From positions 1 through 31,920 of IMG/VR virus record IMGVR_UViG_3300043220_000028: a stretch of DNA of 31,920 bases. The stretch is one strand, 5' to 3'. A program made the position numbers and the translations under genes. Below are positions 23,655 to 31,920 of the stretch, piece after piece (position 1 is the stretch's first letter; every line of letters begins with the position of its first letter). The DNA is from a virus. Taxonomy: Duplodnaviria > Caudoviricetes. The notes beneath the pieces were generated by a model. The model saw only the letters and a list, made by a program, of their open reading frames with translations, ran no database searches and had not been told where the DNA came from.

Positions 23655-25182
23655 GCTTGAACAGAAACGGCAAGAGTGGCGGCTGCGCGCTCAGACTGAC
23701 CTCTACTGGCTCGCTAAGGAGATACTAGGCTATGACCTCGTGCCGCACGTCCACCAGCCAGTGTGCGACCTTTTCGTTCACAAAGACCCGACCAAGCCCT
23801 TCGCAGACCAAGACGATGTCAAGCAACGACTGCTACTTGACCCTAGAGGACACTTCAAGACGAGCCTCGACATGTGCGACATTATTCAGTGGATTCTTTG
23901 TTTCCCTAATACTCGTATCCTCGTTATGTCTGGCACTCGTGAGTTGGCTCAGCGGATGAACAAAGAGATTAAATACCACTTCCAGTACAACCAGCTCTTC
24001 CGCGAGTTGTTCCCTGAACATTGTCCTAAGCGTAAAGTCGGCGACTTTGGCAGCGTGGACGGCATGACTACCCTAGCTCGCACTAACCTCCGCCTCCGTG
24101 AGCCTACCGTCTCCATCTCCACCATCGACTCCGTCAAAGCCGGTTCCCACTACGACATCATCAAGTGCGACGACCTAGTACACGAAAACAATGTGACTAC
24201 CAAAGACCAGATAGAGAAGACCATCCAAGCCTTCCACTACACCACGCCTATTCTTGAGCCGGATGGCTACCGCGACGTGATAGGCACCCGCTACGACTTC
24301 AGCGACCTCTATGGCCACATCATGGACAATGACCCAGAATCCTGGCGCGTCCACATGCGGCCTGCCTGGCGCAAGACTAAGCTGACCGGAGCAGAGGTCG
24401 AGTATGACATCCTGTTCCCTGAACGCTTCACGCTCGCCAAGTTGAAGACTCTACAGAAGGAGAATCCCTATCTGTTCAACTGCCAGTATCTCAACAACCC
24501 CATCCCTGGCGAATCCCACCAGTTCCCTGAGAAGCTGATGCGCGACCACTTCATGCCTTTCTCCGGTATGCCCAAGCCCGACAAGGACAAAGACCTGGAC
24601 TTCCGCACCTTCGTCTGCTGGGACTTAGGCTTCTCTACCGGCATCCGCGCCGACTACACAGTCGGGGCTGTAGGAGCCTTTGATTGGGAGGGCCGTTTGT
24701 TCGTCCTTGACATCGTGCGTGGCCGCTACCTGCCCCACGAGCTGGTCAACGCCATCATCGCTACAGCCCGCAAATACAAGCCCGTGTTCATCGGCATCGA
24801 AGAGGCAGGCGGCGCTCGGCTCCTCTTGCCCGCCCTGGAGGCAAAGGCTCGTGAGCTTCGCATCCACCTGCCCATCCAATGGCTCAAGTTGAGCTATAAG
24901 AAGAACTCCAAGGAGTCCCGCATCGGCGCTCTCGAAGGGCTCCTACGTCAGAATAAACTCTACTTCATCAACGGCATGACGCACCAGGATGCCCTCATCG
25001 AAGAGTTCGCCCGCTTCCCCAAGTTCGTCCACGACGACATCCCCGACGCCATCGCCATGTTGGTCGAGAACTATCGTTCCAAGGTCGAAGTCCCTTATCG
25101 TGACGAAGAAGTCGAGGTCATCTCCACGCCCCACTACTCGTGGGAGCTAGGTTCTGAACTCGGCGGAGGGCTAATAGGATAA
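23635..25182 (+). CDS. terL: Terminase large subunit
   Basis: PRGHFKTS, GSHYDIIKCDDL, IGTRY, CQYLNNP, WDLGFS, HDDIPDA. Confidence 0.93.
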   Translation: MTKEQTRLEQKRQEWRLRAQTDLYWLAKEILGYDLVPHVHQPVCDLFVHKDPTKPFADQDDVKQRLLLDPRGHFKTSLDMCDIIQWILCFPNTRILVMSGTRELAQRMNKEIKYHFQYNQLFRELFPEHCPKRKVGDFGSVDGMTTLARTNLRLREPTVSISTIDSVKAGSHYDIIKCDDLVHENNVTTKDQIEKTIQAFHYTTPILEPDGYRDVIGTRYDFSDLYGHIMDNDPESWRVHMRPAWRKTKLTGAEVEYDILFPERFTLAKLKTLQKENPYLFNCQYLNNPIPGESHQFPEKLMRDHFMPFSGMPKPDKDKDLDFRTFVCWDLGFSTGIRADYTVGAVGAFDWEGRLFVLDIVRGRYLPHELVNAIIATARKYKPVFIGIEEAGGARLLLPALEAKARELRIHLPIQWLKLSYKKNSKESRIGALEGLLRQNKLYFINGMTHQDALIEEFARFPKFVHDDIPDAIAMLVENYRSKVEVPYRDEEVEVISTPHYSWELGSELGGGLIG

Positions 25183-27200
25183 TGGCGTTCCTACAAGACC
25201 AACCCGAAGCCCTCCGCGACATTCAGCCGGTCGAGGCCCAAAGCCTCTTCCCGCGCCAAGAACCTGAAGACCTGACTGCTCTCAGGTTAGTGGTGGGGGA
25301 TATGAAGAAGGCTGAAGCATGGGCCAACATGTTCATGTGGCGTTTCAACCGCTACGACGACCTTTACCTCTTCCGGGTGCCGATGGCTTTCTGGGAAGGC
25401 ACCACAGTCCCTCGCGCCCACCTCGGCGTTCCCCTGGTCTACGAGCACATCGAGTCGCTGCTGCCCCAGGTCATTAACACCCTCTTCCTCCAGCTTCCGC
25501 CCTTTATGAGCCGCCCTCGGCCCGGCACTAGCATGCAAGCCGCCCGCGCCAACGATGGCATCCTGGGTTGGGAACTCGACCAGACCTTCTTCCGCGAGCA
25601 AATCCGCCTGCTGGCCAAGAGCGCCCTCCTCTATGGCACTGGCATCGGCAAGTGGGGCTGGCTCACAGAGACCAAGCCCAAGGTTCGCGTCCGCAGAGTA
25701 GGTGAGCCGCCTTCTATTGAAGACCCCCTCACAGGCCGCCCCCAGCAAATCGAGACTCCCGATACGGATGACTTGGAGATAGTCGTCGAGGACGAGGTTA
25801 TCAACCGTCCGACCTTCGAGGCGCTTGACCTCCGCCACGTATTCGTTGACCCTGGCCTACGTCTGCCTGACGTTCGTAAAGCCAAGTACGCCATCCACCA
25901 AGCCTACATGACCATTCGGCAGCTTGACGCGCTACGCGATGTGGAAGGCTATGACATCCCTGACCAGAAGCGGCTAGTCAGTTTCTTCTTCCCTCCGAAG
26001 GAGGAAGCTATCCACTCCCTGGCGAGCCAGACCACGGGCGGCTCTCTGGCCTCCTTCACCAAGGAGTTCGAGCCTGCCAAGGTCGAGGAAGACACGTCGG
26101 TCAACCCCCTAGAACACCCATTGGAGGTGCTGGAATACTGGTCGAAGGATAGAGTAGTGACTGTCCTTCAGCGCAAGCTGGTGCTCCGGTCAGAACGCAA
26201 CGAATTCAACGTCATCCCCTTCGTCTCCACTGTCTACAGCGACGTACCCAACCAATTCTATGGCATCGGCGTCACCCAACTGATTGGCCCCGAACAGCGT
26301 CTCCAACAGGGCGTCATCAATGCCCGGCTCGATGACTTGTCCCTGATGATGAACGGCATGTTCATCCGCGTCCGTGGAGCCAATACCCCCACTCAGCAAA
26401 TCCGTGTTCGCCCCGGCGGAGTCATCGACAGCGACCAGAAAGACGGCGTGACTCCCATTGACCGGAAGCCCGCCGTACCTGAATCATTCGCGGAGATAGA
26501 CGCCAGCGACAAGCGAGCCCAGCGCCGCACCGGAGCCAACGAGCTTGTCGTGCAGGGCACCATCCCGTCCAGTGGTTCAACCTTCGGGCGCACCGCCACA
26601 GGCATCAATGCATTGTCGGCTGGCGCGGGCACGCGCATCCAATACTTCATCGAGAACTTGGCCGACCAAGTCTATGTGCCCGTCCTACGAGCCTTTACCG
26701 AGATGAACCGCACCCGCCTGGTGCCAAGCCAAATCCAGCGCGTCCTCAGCGAGGAGCTGGCCATCCAGTACGAGGGCGATGCTCTTGACATCCTGAATGG
26801 CCGGTTCGAGTTCGAGATACTGGCGGCGGGCAAACTCCAAGCCCGTTCCAGCATGGCTCAGTCTCTGCCTTTGCTGTTCCAATTCATCACCAATGAGCCG
26901 GTCATCGCCGCGCTTGCCGAGCAGGGCCGCAAGGTGAACTTTGCCGAGCTGGTCAATATGGTCTTCGACGTGAGTGGCTGGCCGAACAAGACCGACGTGA
27001 TAGTGGCCATGACGCCTCAAGAGCAGCAGCGACGGCTGATGAGTACTCCCGCCGTGGCCCAGCAGGCCCTGGCCCAGCAGAAGGCTCAGCTAAAGGCTGA
27101 CGACGCTGAGAAGAAGCTGGAAGGCCAAGCTGGAAGAGACATTCTGAAAGCGATAATCGAAGAGGAGGGCGCACGTGGAGCCGCAGAGTCAGCAGGATAA
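25182..27200 (+). CDS. Portal protein
   Basis: 672 aa directly after TerL; ALLYGTGIGK, FYGIGV, RTATGI motifs of P22/podovirus-like portals. Confidence 0.88.
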   Translation: MAFLQDQPEALRDIQPVEAQSLFPRQEPEDLTALRLVVGDMKKAEAWANMFMWRFNRYDDLYLFRVPMAFWEGTTVPRAHLGVPLVYEHIESLLPQVINTLFLQLPPFMSRPRPGTSMQAARANDGILGWELDQTFFREQIRLLAKSALLYGTGIGKWGWLTETKPKVRVRRVGEPPSIEDPLTGRPQQIETPDTDDLEIVVEDEVINRPTFEALDLRHVFVDPGLRLPDVRKAKYAIHQAYMTIRQLDALRDVEGYDIPDQKRLVSFFFPPKEEAIHSLASQTTGGSLASFTKEFEPAKVEEDTSVNPLEHPLEVLEYWSKDRVVTVLQRKLVLRSERNEFNVIPFVSTVYSDVPNQFYGIGVTQLIGPEQRLQQGVINARLDDLSLMMNGMFIRVRGANTPTQQIRVRPGGVIDSDQKDGVTPIDRKPAVPESFAEIDASDKRAQRRTGANELVVQGTIPSSGSTFGRTATGINALSAGAGTRIQYFIENLADQVYVPVLRAFTEMNRTRLVPSQIQRVLSEELAIQYEGDALDILNGRFEFEILAAGKLQARSSMAQSLPLLFQFITNEPVIAALAEQGRKVNFAELVNMVFDVSGWPNKTDVIVAMTPQEQQRRLMSTPAVAQQALAQQKAQLKADDAEKKLEGQAGRDILKAIIEEEGARGAAESAG

Positions 27201-27522
27201 AGAGCTAATCAAACTGTTCGAGCGAGGCAAATACCTCTATGACTTGACTTTCTCACCGGGTTGGGACGTACTCCTAGACATGATGGAGACCATCGTAGCC
27301 GAGTCCGAAGCCAACCTCTTCAACTCCACCAGCTCCGACCCCCAGGTCATCGTGGCCTACCAAAAGCGGGCCAATGCCTACCGGGCGTTCTTCCACCGCT
27401 TCCAACTTGATGTAAATGAAGCAATTAGGGTCGCCCGTGAAGTTCCCTTAGCCGCCACAAAGACCCCACTGCCGGGCGCTGACGAAGGACTTGACACAGG
27501 CCCCAAAGATGTGGTATACTAA
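27175..27522 (+). CDS. Hypothetical protein after the portal
   Basis: Helical, SPGW motif; typical position. Confidence 0.7.
   Translation: MEPQSQQDKELIKLFERGKYLYDLTFSPGWDVLLDMMETIVAESEANLFNSTSSDPQVIVAYQKRANAYRAFFHRFQLDVNEAIRVAREVPLAATKTPLPGADEGLDTGPKDVVY
27491..27520 (+). promoter_or_regulatory. Sigma70-type promoter for scaffold/capsid genes
   Basis: TTGACA-18 nt-TATACT with TGn. Confidence 0.72.
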
Positions 27523-27561
27523 CTTAGTAGGCGGTTGCTCTCCCCATTTGGAGGACACTAG

Positions 27562-27648
27562 ATGAGGTGGAAGATTTACAACTTGGCATTTAGAGTATTC
27601 GGTCGTACACCACTTTGGCCAAGACTTGGCCATATGATTTGGCGTTAA
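27562..27648 (+). CDS. 28-aa leader/mini-protein
   Basis: GGAGG RBS; MRWKIYNLAFRVFGRTPLWPRLGHMIWR*. Confidence 0.45.
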   Translation: MRWKIYNLAFRVFGRTPLWPRLGHMIWR

Positions 27649-27680
27649 GAACAAACCTATCGGATTGATAAGGAGATAAG

Positions 27681-28529
27681 ATGTCGGATTTCGGATTGAG
27701 TTCTGAATTGGACGTGTTTGATGCTCAGGTGGAGAAAGCTGCTGCGGCACTCCCAGCGGACGAGCCTAAGAAGTTCGTCAAAGAGATTGACCTCGGCGAT
27801 GGTAGTGGTGTCCAGAAGTTTGAAGCTGACACCGAGGCCGAGTTGATTGACAAGTTGGTCGAGGCTCAGACCAATGCTACCAAAGAGATTAGAAAGCTGC
27901 AACGAGCCAAGCCCCGCGTTCGACCTCAGAAGCGAGAGCGCGTGAATGAGCCTGAGCGACCCTACGCCGAGCCCATCCAGGTATCGGCACAGGATGACCT
28001 AGACTTCGCGTCCGGGTTGAGCGTTAATCCCAGCAAGGTGTTTGGTCGCTTGTTCGAGGCTAGCACGGGAATCAAACTCGCTGACCTGAGAGCAACCTCT
28101 GAGAAGGTCGGCGAGATTAGCTCCGCGATGGAAGAGCAGGCTGGCGCGCAATCATTCATAAGCGCTACGCCGGAGTTTCTGCCTAGCAAGGCGAACTCGG
28201 ATGCTCTACTTGGAATTTTGGAAGATGAGGAACTGCCGGTAACACAGCAGAACCTCTCTTACGCATATCAGCAGGCACTCGACGGCGCATTGCTTGAGCT
28301 GCCCGCTGCCCCTAAACCGGAACCTAAGCCGCAAGCTGAGGGGACGGTTACGAAGGTGAAACGCACACAAACCGGCTTGTCCGGCGCTGATGCAGGTCAA
28401 AAGCCTGTACCAGAAGCTGAGCAAGCGGGGGCGTTGCCTGACGTGAATAAGTTGCTCGAAGGCGACTTGGAAACAGCTCGTGAGCGCATTGTCCGCGAGA
28501 TGCAACGCCAACGTCAACCCGCCGCTTAA
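27681..28529 (+). CDS. Capsid scaffolding protein (putative)
   Basis: Acidic, helical, Pro-rich linker; directly before the major capsid gene. Confidence 0.7.
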   Translation: MSDFGLSSELDVFDAQVEKAAAALPADEPKKFVKEIDLGDGSGVQKFEADTEAELIDKLVEAQTNATKEIRKLQRAKPRVRPQKRERVNEPERPYAEPIQVSAQDDLDFASGLSVNPSKVFGRLFEASTGIKLADLRATSEKVGEISSAMEEQAGAQSFISATPEFLPSKANSDALLGILEDEELPVTQQNLSYAYQQALDGALLELPAAPKPEPKPQAEGTVTKVKRTQTGLSGADAGQKPVPEAEQAGALPDVNKLLEGDLETARERIVREMQRQRQPAA

Positions 28530-28564
28530 ACCTAGCTATTACTCTATCATAGAGGTTTAACCAA

Positions 28565-29545
28565 ATGGCTTATCAGCCTGCTTCTGTTCAAACTGGTACT
28601 GCTAGCCTGACTCACCTGGCTACTGTATGGTATGACAAAGTCGCAGTTGAAAACCTGAAGGCTAACCTGCCCTTCGTTGCCGCCACCTCTCGGCGTAAGC
28701 TGCCTAACCGCAGCGGCAAGACCATTCAGATGTTCTCATACAGTCTGTTGGCTGCCAACACTACGCCTGGTTCTGAAGGCACCGTTGGAGTGGGAATCGC
28801 CCCCACCACCGTCAACCGTTCCGCGACGGTCGAACAGTACTTTGACTTTATGTCCTTCTCGGACATTCTGGACGAGACTGCCATCGACCCCATCGTGGAG
28901 AACTCCGCTGCCGAGATGGGCTATCGTGCCGCTCTCACGGCTAATACCCTGGCTCGGTCAGAGTTCGAGACTACCGCCTCCCAAACTGGCGGACGGATTG
29001 ACTTGTCCGACAACGAGTTCATGTCCGGCTCAATCGTCAGACAGGCCGAAATGGACTTGCGCTCGGACGATGTTCGTCCCGGTTCGGGTGGGCTCTTCAT
29101 GGGAATCATCCACCCCTTCGCAGCCTTTGACCTGTTGAACGACAATACCGCTGGTAGTGTCGGAGACGTGTTGAAGCGCAGTGAGTCGGGTGCCCGTGAG
29201 TTGCAACGTGGCATTCAGGGCTTTCGTGTGACTGAGTTTGCTGGTGTTCGTTTCATTGAGACTACCACCACTGGCTCAACCGCCGCCTTCCCCTCCGGGG
29301 CAAAAGTCGGCTATCATACCTACGTCATCGGTCAGGACGCAGTCTTCACCGTTTCGCTTGGCTCGACTGAGATTCCGCAAGACCGGAACTTCCGTCTGTC
29401 CGTCAAGCGTTGGTCGCCGACTGTCGCCGACCCTGCTGGTGTCATCGGTGCGTCAATCGCATACAACTTCCGGTTCACTGCTCTTAGACCGCCGGGTTCG
29501 ACGATTCGTCTACGTCAGATTCGCTCCGAAACCAGCATCACCTAG
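28565..29545 (+). CDS. Major capsid protein (N4-gp56-like)
   Basis: 326 aa; LPNRSGKTIQM, EGT, VEQYFDF, IIHP, GVRFIET, DPAG. Confidence 0.88.
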   Translation: MAYQPASVQTGTASLTHLATVWYDKVAVENLKANLPFVAATSRRKLPNRSGKTIQMFSYSLLAANTTPGSEGTVGVGIAPTTVNRSATVEQYFDFMSFSDILDETAIDPIVENSAAEMGYRAALTANTLARSEFETTASQTGGRIDLSDNEFMSGSIVRQAEMDLRSDDVRPGSGGLFMGIIHPFAAFDLLNDNTAGSVGDVLKRSESGARELQRGIQGFRVTEFAGVRFIETTTTGSTAAFPSGAKVGYHTYVIGQDAVFTVSLGSTEIPQDRNFRLSVKRWSPTVADPAGVIGASIAYNFRFTALRPPGSTIRLRQIRSETSIT

Positions 29546-29561
29546 TTCGTAGTTTGCCACC

Positions 29562-30062
29562 ATGCTCGTAGGCACAACTGAGCAAGTTAAGCGAATCGCT
29601 GGCCGCGAAGCTCTCGCAAGGAGCTTTGAGGACACTGACCGCCAACTTGCTCAGCACCGCCTACCTGAGCAGGACGATTGGAAAGAGTGCGAACGCCGCC
29701 TGGGTCGTGGCATGACGCACGTCGCTCTCTTCAATTACGTCCGCAAATACATCCATAGTGTGGTCATGGAGACCAGCTTCAACGACCCTGCCGTAGCTGG
29801 CTTCTACTCACACGACACTCGTGGCAAACGCTACCTGGTGGCATTCAATACCGGGTTCTTGCCTGAGTGGAGCATCATCACAACCGACCGAGCCGACCTC
29901 CCCTGTAAGGAGCGTCGCGGTTGGCGCACGGTTCTTCTGCATCTACTGAAGCGGAGGGCCATCACCTTCAGTCAAGTCAGTGAGATAGTCCGCACACATT
30001 ACGGCTATACACCGGCTGACTGGAACAAGTATTGGCACTATCATGTGTCAGACTTCAAATAG
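29562..30062 (+). CDS. Hypothetical protein
   Basis: ORF track; RGWRTVLL motif. Confidence 0.7.
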   Translation: MLVGTTEQVKRIAGREALARSFEDTDRQLAQHRLPEQDDWKECERRLGRGMTHVALFNYVRKYIHSVVMETSFNDPAVAGFYSHDTRGKRYLVAFNTGFLPEWSIITTDRADLPCKERRGWRTVLLHLLKRRAITFSQVSEIVRTHYGYTPADWNKYWHYHVSDFK

Positions 30063-30073
30063 GAGAAACATAA

Positions 30074-30604
30074 ATGCCTAATGCTAACACATTTGCTGTT
30101 GCTCAGCAGTTCGGTGGCAACTCTGGCCAAGGCGCTTCGTCTACAGCAGAGTTTCAGTTTGCTGACGGTCAATCTACCGCTGTTCGTTTGCAACTATTGC
30201 TGCCTCCACAGTCTGTGGATGGAGCACGGTTGTTCCGCGTCAAGGCGGGTGGGCGTGTGACTGGTGGAACTACCACCAACTTCACCGTCCGTCTCGACCA
30301 TGGCAAGTCGTCCACCATCGGCTCCAACACCACGATTGAACAGTCGGCAACTCAGGCTGTTGATAGCGAGGACGCTGCTTGGTACATCGAAGCAATCCTC
30401 CAGACTGACAAGACCGAACAAGACCTGCATGGTGTGGGTCTCAGCATTCTCAACTCAGCCATTACAACCTATGCGGTGCTTAATGCATTCCCGACTAGCG
30501 TTGACCCGGCTGCGGAGATTCCCTTCACCGTGACTGGTCAGTTCTCGGCGTCGGATTCGGGTAGCTTCGCTATCTGCGACTACCTTGAAGCCGAAGCCCT
30601 GTAG
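30074..30604 (+). CDS. Putative virion (decoration-like) protein
   Basis: TAAGGAG RBS; beta-rich; follows the capsid gene. Confidence 0.6.
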   Translation: MPNANTFAVAQQFGGNSGQGASSTAEFQFADGQSTAVRLQLLLPPQSVDGARLFRVKAGGRVTGGTTTNFTVRLDHGKSSTIGSNTTIEQSATQAVDSEDAAWYIEAILQTDKTEQDLHGVGLSILNSAITTYAVLNAFPTSVDPAAEIPFTVTGQFSASDSGSFAICDYLEAEAL

Positions 30605-30660
30605 TACAAATCTAACTAACTACCTGGGTCGGTAGACTCTGACCCTATAGGAGTATCTCA

Positions 30661-31425
30661 ATGTCCGTAGCATCTACAAGTAAAGGCAGGCACTTTAAGT
30701 TCGAGAAACCGGCTTTCGGTGTCTACCTCACCGGAGCCTTCGGGGCTCAGAAAGCATTTTACGTTAAGGGGCACAAATCCAGTGCCGCCAACAACCTCGT
30801 TCGGGTGGACGACAATACCCGCTCGCTGGCTGGTGGCGCACGCACGATGGATGTGACCTGTAAGCAGACTGCCAACGTCCTGACTGGCACGAACACTGCA
30901 CTTCGCGCCAGCGGCGAGAATGGCGTAGCCTCCATGACCGGCACTGTCCAGGGCTTTGATGCCCGCGCTGCCAACCGTGAAGCCTCATCCAGTGGCACCA
31001 TTATGGGAGCCACTCTACAAGCCCTAGCCAAAGGTAAAACTATCGGCACCATCCGTGGCGTTGAAGTCATCTCTGACAACACGGAAGGCACCGGCACCCT
31101 GACCACTCAGGTTGGTGCTCGCATCCGTGTGATTGGTGCTGGCGTCGTGACCAACGGGCCGTGGGGCGTGCAAATCGTCAATGACTCAGAGTCCGCGCTA
31201 GCGGCGGCCAAGCCTCTCAAGGCGTTCATCCGCTGCGAGAGCGCCACAACCACCACCGTCAATAGCTGCATCATCGACGCAACAGATTGTCGTTTGACCG
31301 GAGCAGCCTTGTTCAGCGTCAGCTTGACAGCAAAAGACGCTGTCCTGATTTACTTTAAGGACTTTGATGGGACTGCCCACGCGGTCGTGGTTCAGGATAG
31401 CGACAACACACTGAAAGTCCGCTAA
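30661..31425 (+). CDS. Putative virion fibre-like protein
   Basis: AGGAG RBS; Gly/Thr/Ala-rich with periodic beta repeats. Confidence 0.6.
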   Translation: MSVASTSKGRHFKFEKPAFGVYLTGAFGAQKAFYVKGHKSSAANNLVRVDDNTRSLAGGARTMDVTCKQTANVLTGTNTALRASGENGVASMTGTVQGFDARAANREASSSGTIMGATLQALAKGKTIGTIRGVEVISDNTEGTGTLTTQVGARIRVIGAGVVTNGPWGVQIVNDSESALAAAKPLKAFIRCESATTTTVNSCIIDATDCRLTGAALFSVSLTAKDAVLIYFKDFDGTAHAVVVQDSDNTLKVR

Positions 31426-31437
31426 AAGGAGGCCCCG

Positions 31438-31626
31438 ATGCGTCGGTTGGTAATCTCAACAGATGGCTATACTCTTGGTGTCGAGCAGTGTGAACTGTCC
31501 GGCCTTGAAGTGATGTCTGTTCTATCCATTCTAACCCGGCTACTCGACGAGGGACAGTTCCCCTATCCAGGAGAACCAGTCGTTCTTGAAGTTGTCAAAC
31601 CTAAAGAATCAGAAGAGGAGAACTAA
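31438..31626 (+). CDS. Hypothetical protein
   Basis: AGGAGG RBS. Confidence 0.65.
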   Translation: MRRLVISTDGYTLGVEQCELSGLEVMSVLSILTRLLDEGQFPYPGEPVVLEVVKPKESEEEN

Positions 31627-31920
31627 ATGGCTGATGAACACGCCGTTGTAATGACCCCCGACCAGCTTGAATCGCTGGTCAAAGCTGCCCGCTCTCCCAT
31701 CGTGGACGAGGCTACTCTCAGGTCGAAAGAAGAATCTCGCCTACGAATGCGGGAGAAGATTGCTCAGAAGCGGCGCAATGACGAGATGAAATATGCTGCT
31801 TGTGGGCATCTGCGCGAAGACAATACCAGTCGTATGGCGTGGATGACCAACAGTGATGGTATTCGTCGTGGCGTTTGCCAGTTGTGTGGCATGGAGTGCT
31901 CTCCCTCCCACCCTGAGTAC
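31627..31920 (+). CDS. Hypothetical Zn-binding protein, truncated by the window end
   Basis: Manual translation MADEHAVV...ACGH...VCQLC...; GAGGAG RBS. Confidence 0.65.
   Translation, partial: MADEHAVVMTPDQLESLVKAARSPIVDEATLRSKEESRLRMREKIAQKRRNDEMKYAACGHLREDNTSRMAWMTNSDGIRRGVCQLCGMECSPSHPEY

Noticed and set aside
18127-31380. Minus-strand and alternate-frame ORFs in the right arm (e.g. 18127-18591, 25287-25838, 28677-29138)
   Set aside because: They overlap promoters or clear structural genes and have low-information composition.

Overview
This window is part of a tailed dsDNA phage genome (or prophage) with two divergent arms. The left arm (1-16416, minus strand) is a dense early/replication region. 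It encodes a partial RepA/AAA_25-type helicase, a ClpP-like protease, a DUF5664 dNTP diphosphohydrolase, a nucleoside 2-deoxyribosyltransferase, an M15 peptidase, an RNase H-like exonuclease, an SSB-like protein, RlpA, an AAA_24 ATPase, a PD-(D/E)XK nuclease and a MoxR AAA + VWA/metallopeptidase pair. The right arm (17549-31920, plus strand) carries LamG/tail-like genes, TerS, holin-like genes, TerL, portal, scaffold and major capsid. The standout feature is a family of about 19 tiny (roughly 45-105 aa), very divergent zinc-finger genes scattered through the left arm. Eighteen of them end in C-x2-[CH]-x4/5-[G/N/S]-x-x-W-stop (consensus LCxxHARELGLLW*). At least one resembles the ClpX zinc-binding domain, and a ClpP homolog with an apparent catalytic Asp-to-Asn change lies in the same arm. 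Their W-stop ends are repeatedly fused to the start codon, RBS or promoter of the next gene. Between the arms are an ~850-nt, highly structured region with no convincing CDS (candidate large ncRNA) and an AT-rich repeat/G-tract region (candidate ori or packaging site). All family assignments come from reading motifs by eye; no database searches were run.
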